Below, piece after piece: positions 7,421-13,984 of a stretch of 18,175 nt of DNA. The DNA is taken from assembly GCA_023246955.1 (NCBI GenBank), contig JAHFHK010000020.1, forward strand, positions 1 to 18,175. The letters are read 5' to 3'. The DNA comes from Candidatus Uhrbacteria bacterium (lineage in GTDB: Bacteria > Patescibacteriota > Patescibacteriia > JACQRZ01). Each line of letters starts with the position of its first letter. Position 1 is the first letter of the stretch. Made by a program: the position numbers and the translations under genes. A model generated the notes under the pieces. The model saw only the letters and a program-made list of their open reading frames with translations. It was not told the DNA's origin and searched no databases.

Positions 7421-8325
7421 TTGACTGGAAGTCCAATGACTTAGATGTTTATCTATGGGACGTGGGTCATGGATTGTCTATGACGTTCATAACACCTTTT
7501 GTCTCCTTCGCTGGTGACGTACCAATTAACCGCCGCAGAGTAATTCAAATTGATGTTGGGACAAATAATGAATATAGCTTTTCCCCCGTAAAGTTTCTTG
7601 TAGAAAAAACTGGGCTCAGTACGATTGACTACCTTATTATCTCTCATCCCGACCAAGACCATATAAATGACTTGGTCAACATCAATGAGTTGTGTACAGC
7701 AGGTAAACTTCAGGTTACAAGATTTAGGCGAAATCACACAATACCAAACAATGTAATAAGTGAAGATGCAAACAAAGAGAGTACTGCAAAAACCGTCTAT
7801 AAAAACATGCAAAATACTTATATTTACCAGCATCTACCCCATGACGATGTTAATCCTGATAACTTTGCTGGATTAACTATTAAGACTGACTATATAGAGT
7901 ATGAAGATGGCATGGACATAAATGACGCCTCGGTCGTTACGAATATTTTATTTGGAAACACCCAATTATTAATACCAGGAGATTTGAGCGAAGTAGGGTT
8001 TAATAAACTAGCCTTAGCGGGAAAAGCCCCAGCGGTAATAGATAGAGCAACAAGAATACTGGTTGCGCCACATCACGGAAGAGAATCTGCCGAAGGTATT
8101 TATCTTGTAAACCATCTTAAGCCACATATCGTATTAGCCTCCGCCAAAGTGGGTGATGAGCACACCGACAGACTTTATAGTCAGTCTCAGAATATTCAAG
8201 GACACAATGTAGTAAATGATTCTGGAACAATTACCCAATATAGATTTTTGGCGACCAAGGGGCAGGTAATTAGTCTCAAGATTGTAAATGATAGCCCAAT
8301 TATAAAAAAAATCTCTTACAAATAA
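7417..8325 (+). CDS. Stand-alone metallo-beta-lactamase-fold protein of the ComEC/Rec2 C-terminal type (predicted nuclease/hydrolase)
   Basis: Three motifs match the ComEC C-terminal MBL domain: LWDVGHGLS (ComEC: lDVGqGd), IISHPDQDHINDL (ComEC: SHaDaDH) and VAPHHGRESAEG (ComEC: vPHHGS). It is translationally coupled to the upstream TM protein. Confidence 0.8.
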   Translation: MIDWKSNDLDVYLWDVGHGLSMTFITPFVSFAGDVPINRRRVIQIDVGTNNEYSFSPVKFLVEKTGLSTIDYLIISHPDQDHINDLVNINELCTAGKLQVTRFRRNHTIPNNVISEDANKESTAKTVYKNMQNTYIYQHLPHDDVNPDNFAGLTIKTDYIEYEDGMDINDASVVTNILFGNTQLLIPGDLSEVGFNKLALAGKAPAVIDRATRILVAPHHGRESAEGIYLVNHLKPHIVLASAKVGDEHTDRLYSQSQNIQGHNVVNDSGTITQYRFLATKGQVISLKIVNDSPIIKKISYK

Positions 8326-8376
8326 CGACCATATTAGATGACATACGTCCACTAGACCATCATCAAGGTTCCCACG

Positions 8377-8435
8377 TCCTCCACTACGTGACCCCACGAG
8401 GACATCTGTCGAAAGGCAGGTGTTTTTGTTTTGAG
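8377..8435 (+). repeat. 59-bp repeat, copy A (includes an intrinsic terminator hairpin)
   Basis: About 93% identical to 9093-9151 (TCCTCCACTACGTRACCCCACGA...CATCTGTCGAAAGGCAGGTGTTTTTGTTTTGAG). Confidence 0.7.
8403..8432 (+). terminator. Rho-independent terminator (GNRA tetraloop) for the MBL gene
   Basis: CATCTGTC (8403-8410), GAAA, GGCAGGTG (8415-8422): an 8-bp stem with two G.U pairs. Followed by TTTTTGTTTT. Confidence 0.6.
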
Positions 8436-8439
8436 TACT

Positions 8440-8940
8440 TCAATCTGCTTTTTTCAATGAATAGCGAAAGAGCTCTGCGACCTTTGTTTTCAAATCCTCA
8501 TCGCTCAGATTATGGACGGTGCTGTCCGCTACAATAATGGCAAGGTGATAATAGAAAAAATCATCTGGCAAAAAATCTCTATCTGTCTCTTCTGGGACAT
8601 AATCAGGGAAAAACTCCTTTAGTTTCTTGGCATACATTTCCTTGGAATGATGTGCAAATCTATAACCATTATCAAAAGCAAATATAAGAGATACGATTAT
8701 GGCCAATCTCTTGTTGCCATTTGAGAAAAAATGACTTCTATCAATGCCTAAGAATAAGAATGCAACTTTATCGTAAAAATCTGGATAATATATACCTTCA
8801 GATCTTTGCAAAATAGCCTCAAGTTGCTTTATTCCGCCCACTTCGCTTTCATAGCTTGGGGCTTTATTCAAAACATCATCCATATTCCTATAGATGATGT
8901 CGAAGCAAAACTCTAAATCTTCCAATATTAAATACTTCAT
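8440..8940 (-). CDS. Doc/Fic-family toxin (death-on-curing-like, type II TA toxin)
   Basis: Contains HFFSNGNKR, which matches the Doc signature H-x-F-x-(D/N)-G-N-K-R; the Fic signature is HPFx[DE]GNGR. 166 aa. Its ATG overlaps the stop of an upstream 41-codon ORF (ATGA). Confidence 0.7.
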   Translation of the reverse strand: MKYLILEDLEFCFDIIYRNMDDVLNKAPSYESEVGGIKQLEAILQRSEGIYYPDFYDKVAFLFLGIDRSHFFSNGNKRLAIIVSLIFAFDNGYRFAHHSKEMYAKKLKEFFPDYVPEETDRDFLPDDFFYYHLAIIVADSTVHNLSDEDLKTKVAELFRYSLKKAD

Positions 8941-9062
8941 CGTGTTGATAATTTCTTTATTGCCCTGCCCACTTTTTTTGTAATCTCATCAGCAATACGC
9001 TCATTGGCACTTTTCGACCGTCTTGAGGGTGCAGCTTTTTGTATCTTTGGAGTTTTAATCAT
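8937..9062 (-). CDS. Putative antitoxin (41 aa; not in the ORF track because it is under 60 aa)
   Basis: Hand translation of the minus strand gives ATG(9062)...MIKTPKIQKAAPSRRSKSANERIADEITKKVGRAIKKLSTR, with the TGA overlapping the Doc ATG. A TATAAT -10 lies on the minus strand 7 nt upstream (plus-strand coordinates 9071-9076). Basic and helical, as expected for a small DNA-binding antitoxin. Confidence 0.4.
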   Translation of the reverse strand: MIKTPKIQKAAPSRRSKSANERIADEITKKVGRAIKKLSTR

Positions 9063-9092
9063 ATGGGGTTATTATACACTTTAATTCCAGCA

Positions 9093-9151
9093 TCCTCCAC
9101 TACGTAACCCCACGAAAGCATCTGTCGAAAGGCAGGTGTTTTTGTTTTGAG
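9093..9151 (+). repeat. 59-bp repeat, copy B (second copy, on the other side of the Doc cassette)
   Basis: Direct repeat of 8377-8435 with 4 substitutions and the same GAAA-tetraloop hairpin plus T-tract. No plus-strand gene ends upstream of it. Confidence 0.7.
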
Positions 9152-9270
9152 GAAAAATAAAAAGCTCAGGGTCTTTATGGACCAAAGAGCTCATTAATAT
9201 TCTATTTATCTTTGTAAGAAGATTTGTCTGTCCTATACGGTAGTAGACGGGACTTTATATATACGTCGGC

Positions 9271-9317
9271 ATCTTCCCATAATAGCCATTGACCCCTCGG
9301 TTCACTTATGGGAAGAT
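9271..9317. promoter_or_regulatory. Perfect 12-bp inverted repeat with a 23-bp spacer; candidate operator or recombination site at the putative island boundary
   Basis: ATCTTCCCATAA (9271-9282) and TTATGGGAAGAT (9306-9317). The spacer contains TTGACC. TATGAT at 9321-9326 and the ATG at 9342 follow immediately. Confidence 0.35.
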
Positions 9318-9341
9318 AGGTATGATATTTTTGCTACAAGA

Positions 9342-10106
9342 ATGCGACCTCTTATGAAATTCCTTCAAGCTTTCGTCAAAAAAATCGTGGGAACAAAGGT
9401 GCTGCTTTCTCTGGTTTTGATACTTTCTCTCTTGAACATATACCAGGTACTCTCTCCCTTGAAAATAGCGCAGGGACAGGAAGAGTATGATTCAGAGAAG
9501 AAAATCAAATATATCGAGGCTTACCTTGACCATATATCAGATGATTATATCGTGAGCGTCAAACAACTCGCCGACCAATACCATATTCCGTCATGGGGAT
9601 GTGGCCCTTCGAGCTATGCACTCGCGCAGATACTTAATAGGAAATTTTTTGATAACAAGCTTACTATAGGACCAACGTATGACGAGACCCGCCCTTATGA
9701 AATCGTGGAGCGCTTCCGCTTTAGGAAGGATGATACGGGAGGGGCGGTTGACCATGCGTGGCTCGAGATCTACTTGCGGGACCAGGTGCTTTTTGTTGAT
9801 CCTACTATTGCTCAGTTCGGAAAAACCAAAGGAATTGCCTATGAGGTTTTTGATGTGGGTGACCCCTCTATAGCCAAAAGCCTGAAAGAACGTTATGGCA
9901 TCCTTGATGCAAAAATGGGCGCAGTACTCAAAAAAACTATCAATAGAGTCCCCGTAGAGCAGGAGCCATACCCTGGGCTCATCATTAGCCAGGATTTCGT
10001 AGACTACTACACTAAAGCTATTGAGGTTCGTAATGGCATTGCTGACGACAAGATACCCGATGACTGGAAGATCTGGGTCAAGCAGCTTACTGATCGGTAT
10101 TTATAG
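9342..10106 (+). CDS. Membrane-anchored transglutaminase-like cysteine protease domain protein
   Basis: N-terminal signal anchor (VLLSLVLILSLL). The Cys/His/Asp triad is in transglutaminase-core context: WGCGPSSYALAQ (Cys), VDHAWLEIY (the H-A-W-x-E motif) and FVDPT (Asp). Confidence 0.6.
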   Translation: MRPLMKFLQAFVKKIVGTKVLLSLVLILSLLNIYQVLSPLKIAQGQEEYDSEKKIKYIEAYLDHISDDYIVSVKQLADQYHIPSWGCGPSSYALAQILNRKFFDNKLTIGPTYDETRPYEIVERFRFRKDDTGGAVDHAWLEIYLRDQVLFVDPTIAQFGKTKGIAYEVFDVGDPSIAKSLKERYGILDAKMGAVLKKTINRVPVEQEPYPGLIISQDFVDYYTKAIEVRNGIADDKIPDDWKIWVKQLTDRYL

Positions 10107-10221
10107 CTATTGGCCTGTGGCGGTAACGAAGGCATCAGGAGCCCATTGTCCCCTAGCTTGACGCCAAGGGGCAGGCATTGTACTATCGAATTATTAGTTC
10201 ATTAATACGGAGGTATTTTCA

Positions 10222-10557
10222 ATGGATGGTTTTCCTGCGGGGGTGAACCCCTTTTCTATGAACGTTGATGAAACGATTAATGATGGCTCGATGTGTAGCT
10301 ATGCGCCAGATTTCTTTGCTTGGAATGAGGATGACGAAATGTACTGCCCTTCTCCATCGAGCAGAAATACTGATTGTCCCCAGAAGGAAGCGGAGGAATT
10401 GGTGGGGGGACTCCTTGATGCAGACATTATAGGATCATTCGCCGTCAAGGAGCCTTATGCTCATATTATTCCTCAAGATCTGCGTGAAGCAATCAAGGTG
10501 ACCAGATCACACGATGGACTCTGTTCATCACAAGATTGCTACTCTTTGTCTTCGTAG
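10222..10557 (+). CDS. Hypothetical acidic, Cys-containing small protein (111 aa)
   Basis: GGAGG lies 7 nt upstream of the ATG. A TTGACG-17-TACTAT promoter-like sequence sits at about 10166-10194. No recognisable domain. Confidence 0.5.
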   Translation: MDGFPAGVNPFSMNVDETINDGSMCSYAPDFFAWNEDDEMYCPSPSSRNTDCPQKEAEELVGGLLDADIIGSFAVKEPYAHIIPQDLREAIKVTRSHDGLCSSQDCYSLSS

Positions 10558-10575
10558 CTAGAGGGAGGTGTGGCG

Positions 10576-10899
10576 GTGATACGGCTCAACTATCTTGTTC
10601 TTCGATGTAGGGATCTTTCTGGGACAAAACGGTTTTACGAGGCTCTCGGGCTTTCTTTCCAGGAAGAAAAACATGGCGCTGGTCCCATCCACTTCTCTAC
10701 GTGTATTTCTGGTGTGGTCGTGGAGCTCTATCCTTTGCGGGATGATACCGCCAGTACGACAGATCCTTGTCGCATCGGAATTACCGTCGACAGTGTGAGT
10801 AATGTGGTGCCTGTTCTTGAAACCCTTGGCATGGAACAGTACGCGACCCTCTGTTTCCGTGATCCGGATGGACGTATCGTCGAGCTATCCGAGGTGTAA
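10576..10899 (+). CDS. VOC-family (glyoxalase/bleomycin-resistance fold) protein
   Basis: RLNYLVLRCRDL...FYEALG...GITVDSV...CFRDPDGRIVEL fits the paired beta-alpha-beta-beta-beta VOC fold pattern. GAGGGAGG at 10561-10568 favours the GTG at 10576 over the GTG at 10570 given in the ORF track. Confidence 0.65.
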   Translation: MIRLNYLVLRCRDLSGTKRFYEALGLSFQEEKHGAGPIHFSTCISGVVVELYPLRDDTASTTDPCRIGITVDSVSNVVPVLETLGMEQYATLCFRDPDGRIVELSEV

Positions 10900-10903
10900 T
10901 ACT

Positions 10904-10970
10904 CTATGACCTGAACGTGTCTTTAAACCGTTCTTTTTTTTATAAAAAAGACCGTGAAAATTTCACAGTC
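10904..10970. terminator. Bidirectional terminator region between convergent genes
   Basis: GAACG...CGTTC hairpin followed by a T8 run (10934-10941) for the plus strand. An AT palindrome T8-AT-A6 sits at 10934-10949. A GTGAAAATTTCAC palindrome (10954-10966) is followed on the minus strand by T-rich sequence, serving the minus gene. Confidence 0.45.
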
Positions 10971-11004
10971 CTATTTGGAATTCTATTGATATATTATGAG
11001 GTGC

Positions 11005-11793
11005 TTATCTCGAGGATGCTACAGGAACCGATTCGTTTTTTGTTGACTCCATCTCTCGCGAGTAAAAGAACCATGAGGTCTTCACTCCGTCGATCACTAC
11101 ACGATTCCCATGTCCCTTTGCTACTCTATAGATTTCTTGCTGGAGGCGCTTCAGCGAAAATTGTCTATCGGTTGGGTGCGCGAGGGCTATGACGTGCAGA
11201 GGGGTATGTGTGCTAAAGAATGATCCGAGGCCGTCATTGCCCATGGCTATTGTCATATATCGCTTTAGCTCTTCTTCGGCTGCAGGACTATAGTAGCGAC
11301 TAATCACAAACCCCGGTGGAAGGCCTTCAATACGATTGAACTCTCCTGTACCATCGTAATATATTGCAACGGCATTATGGAAAGTTTTTGGGCGATTCAT
11401 TTCCTCTGCTGTAAGGTGGCGATATGATAGGCCGTATACGTTCGCTCTTCCCTTGTTATATTCTCGACACACTCGATTGCGATCCTCTTTTGCAATATTG
11501 GGAAAAGCGAGTGCAAATGCACCACAGTTGTCGTGTCCCGTAAGCTCAGTAATCTCGGCGCGCTGTACCATGCGTCTGCACATATCATCCGAGAGCAGAA
11601 CCCCCGATCCTGGTGAATGGATGCCGAAAGTGATACCTTCATCACCGCACGTGAGTGTTTCCGATCCCCTGAATGCTTGCCTGATATTTTTATTTTTCAG
11701 AAATAGTTTCCGAGCACCGAGCTGTTGTAGTTCCCGAATCCATATAATGGCTTCAGTGCGTGCAATATTTCTTTCATTGTCAATATACGTCAT
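11005..11793 (-). CDS. Hypothetical protein (262 aa) with a conserved-looking ELTGHDNCGAF segment
   Basis: Long ORF, convergent with the VOC gene. The motif is not one I can place in a family. Confidence 0.55.
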   Translation of the reverse strand: MTYIDNERNIARTEAIIWIRELQQLGARKLFLKNKNIRQAFRGSETLTCGDEGITFGIHSPGSGVLLSDDMCRRMVQRAEITELTGHDNCGAFALAFPNIAKEDRNRVCREYNKGRANVYGLSYRHLTAEEMNRPKTFHNAVAIYYDGTGEFNRIEGLPPGFVISRYYSPAAEEELKRYMTIAMGNDGLGSFFSTHTPLHVIALAHPTDRQFSLKRLQQEIYRVAKGHGNRVVIDGVKTSWFFYSREMESTKNESVPVASSR

Positions 11794-11929
11794 TTTCTAT
11801 AATCTCCTTTATTCACAAGGACTCTACCACTATCCTGGCGAACGTCAAGGGATGCACTGAGTAATAAAAAACTCCCACTCAACGCATTGTGCGAAGAGTG
11901 GGAGCGTATAAGGCGCTTATTGGCCTTTA

Positions 11930-13933
11930 TTATTTTTCGATTTGTACGACTTTAGCGCCATTGTCACTGGCTACTTGTGCTACTTCGTCTTTTATCATAG
12001 TCGCAATAGTATCCTTGGATACTTCTCTTCCAAAAACACTTTTTGCCGCGCCAGAGAGCTTCTCGGCAATCTTATCGATCATGCCTTGACCCAGCATCTT
12101 CACACCTTCAGGCGTTGTCTCGGTAACTCCTTCAAGGAATCCGCCGATCTGCTGGCCCTTCATAACACTTCCGAGTATCGCCTGGAGCATTGCAGGATCC
12201 CCGTAGATCCTGAGGTCTGCCGCCGACAGAGCGTTACCGATTGCATTCGCTTGCGCTATCCCTATTTCTTTCAGGGACGCAATCTTTGCAAGCTCTATCT
12301 GGAGATCAATTGCCGCTCTTTCGAATTGCTGTTGGTTCTCCAATTGCTTACGATCAACTTCGACCTGTGCAGCGTTGACGGAAACTTGGCTTCGAGCAAC
12401 CTCTACTGGCACCATCGCAATAGCTTGTTGGCCTGCGGCATCCAGTTCTTTTGATTGCTTGTTGGCCTGGGCGAGGGTGAGCTGTGCATTGGCTTTCGCT
12501 AATGCTGCTTTTTCTTCTCCTTCTGCCTGAGTCACCGTCGCGTAGGCTGCCATATTTGCATCATTTTCGCGTTCGATGCTTATTTGTTTGGCAGTCGCTT
12601 CTTTTTGGATGATGCTCACTGATTTTTGTCGTTCGGCTTCAGCAGTCTTTTCGACTGTCAGTTTTTCCTGTTCTTTTCTCGTTCTATCGATTTCTGCGGT
12701 AACGCGCTCAGCTTCCGCTACAGCACGGCGTTTTTCCGCTTCCGCTACCGCAATCTGTTGCTCTCGGGTTTGGACCTGTACCGCCTGTTCCCTTTCAATA
12801 CCTGCCGTCTGGATTGCCTTTTCTTTCTGTACGTTGGCGGTCTGCAGTGCCTGTTCTTTTGCAATTTGCGCCGTCTGGACCTCCCGCTCTTGTGTATTTT
12901 CGGCAACCTGAACCGCCTTAGCTTTCTCGACCCGCGCGATATCTACGGCTTGTTCAGCCGCAACTTTCGCCAGTTCTGCTTGCTGCTCTTGCCCCGCTGC
13001 GAACTCTATCGCTTTTCTGGAAGCTTCGGCTTGTGCATTTTTTATCGTGACGTCACGTGCTGCTTCAGCGGTTGCGCGAGCGACTTCTTGATTAAACAAC
13101 TCTTTGTCGCGCTCAACTTCCTGAGTCTTTACGTCCCTGTCAGCATCCGCCGTAATTTTTGATCGCTCCACTCTCTGACTTGCGATAATATGTGCAATTT
13201 GTTTTGCACCCTGCGCATCAAACACATTGTTTTCTGGATCAAGGAGCCCGGGAGGGGTTTGATTGAGATGCGAAATCGCCACCGTTTCCAGAAAGAGTCC
13301 GTTAGGTGCAAGATCGCGTTCGACGATCTCTTTCACATGGTCTTTGTACTCATCGAGTTTGCTATGAAGATCTTCGAGCTTGGATCGGGCGGCCACTGTC
13401 CGCATCGCCGATACAAGCTTTTCTCCAACAAGATCCATTACCGCACTGGCATCATAGGACTTTTGGCCCAATGATGTTGCGGCGGCAATTACCCCTTCGA
13501 CGGTTCTGTTCACCCGGATATAGAATTCAGCACGCACGTCGGCACGCAGATTGTCCCCCGTGATGAGCGCATCTTTACTAAAGCGTTGGACGACGAGTTT
13601 ATTGGTTTCGAGCGACACCCTCCGCACCTTGTGCACGGTAGGGATCACTAATGCACCACCATCAATGACGGCACACTGACCACCCATCCCGGTACGCACG
13701 AATGCTTCATTGCTTCCTGCTTTTTCGTAAAAAGATATGAATGCACCCATTACGGAACCAGCAATCAATAACAATACCCCGAATCCTATAAGGATGATTT
13801 GTGCTACCCCACTAATATGGACGCTCGGTAACAATGCAGGGAGGAGCAATGGTCCTCCGATAAATATCAACGCGGTGGCAACGAGGATGAGAAACATCCC
13901 CCCGCCTTTACTTTCGTTATCATCTTTAGCCAT
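11930..13933 (-). CDS. Flotillin-family (SPFH/band-7) protein, YqiK/FloT-like, with an extended Ala/Glu/Gln-rich repeat region
   Basis: N-terminal TM hairpin, then an SPFH domain (...EAFVRTGMGGQCAVIDGGALVIPTVHKV...FYIRV...), then about 250 aa of EA/Q-rich repeats with roughly 11-residue periodicity, then a C-terminal flotillin-tail-like region. AAGGA Shine-Dalgarno 9 nt upstream. Lies immediately downstream of a NfeD-like gene. Confidence 0.85.
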   Translation of the reverse strand: MAKDDNESKGGGMFLILVATALIFIGGPLLLPALLPSVHISGVAQIILIGFGVLLLIAGSVMGAFISFYEKAGSNEAFVRTGMGGQCAVIDGGALVIPTVHKVRRVSLETNKLVVQRFSKDALITGDNLRADVRAEFYIRVNRTVEGVIAAATSLGQKSYDASAVMDLVGEKLVSAMRTVAARSKLEDLHSKLDEYKDHVKEIVERDLAPNGLFLETVAISHLNQTPPGLLDPENNVFDAQGAKQIAHIIASQRVERSKITADADRDVKTQEVERDKELFNQEVARATAEAARDVTIKNAQAEASRKAIEFAAGQEQQAELAKVAAEQAVDIARVEKAKAVQVAENTQEREVQTAQIAKEQALQTANVQKEKAIQTAGIEREQAVQVQTREQQIAVAEAEKRRAVAEAERVTAEIDRTRKEQEKLTVEKTAEAERQKSVSIIQKEATAKQISIERENDANMAAYATVTQAEGEEKAALAKANAQLTLAQANKQSKELDAAGQQAIAMVPVEVARSQVSVNAAQVEVDRKQLENQQQFERAAIDLQIELAKIASLKEIGIAQANAIGNALSAADLRIYGDPAMLQAILGSVMKGQQIGGFLEGVTETTPEGVKMLGQGMIDKIAEKLSGAAKSVFGREVSKDTIATMIKDEVAQVASDNGAKVVQIEK

Positions 13934-13984
13934 GTTTCATGTTCCTTCTTTCTTTGTGAGATATTTTTTCTGATATATTCCCTA

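Larger units (their letters stand above)
2313..9151. mobile_element. Putative integrative genomic island (about 6.8 kb, AT-rich) inserted at the 3' end of tRNA-His. Cargo: serine integrase, hypotheticals, OB-fold membrane protein, TM+MBL pair and a Doc-family toxin module
   Basis: Composition drops sharply to about 36-38% GC between ~2.3 and ~9.2 kb against ~48% outside. The recombinase gene abuts and overlaps the tRNA 3' end. A toxin-antitoxin module is present. The right boundary is approximate: the composition shift and an inverted repeat at 9271-9317 were used. No long direct repeat of the tRNA 3' end was found, which is what a serine integrase would leave. Confidence 0.4.

Noticed and set aside
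8377-9151. The two 59-bp direct repeats as a CRISPR array or integron attC sites
   Set aside because: There are only two copies, about 660 bp apart, enclosing a full toxin cassette rather than short spacers. No further regularly spaced copies and no cas genes are present. No integron core sites (RYYYAAC / GTTRRRY) occur in the repeat, and there is no intI.
9150-10200. A direct repeat of the tRNA-His 3' end marking the far end of the island
   Set aside because: I looked for copies of the T-arm and acceptor 3' sequence (GATCCCCGTTGGCCACC) downstream. Only a weak resemblance at 9291-9305 was found. Absence of a long duplication is expected for a serine recombinase, so the boundary stays approximate.
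12576-13162. Plus-strand ORFs 12576..12911 and 12626..13162 (111 and 178 aa)
   Set aside because: They lie entirely inside the well-supported minus-strand flotillin gene. They are Cys/Phe/Ser/Leu-rich and lack start signals, which is typical of antisense frames of a repetitive GC-biased coding region.
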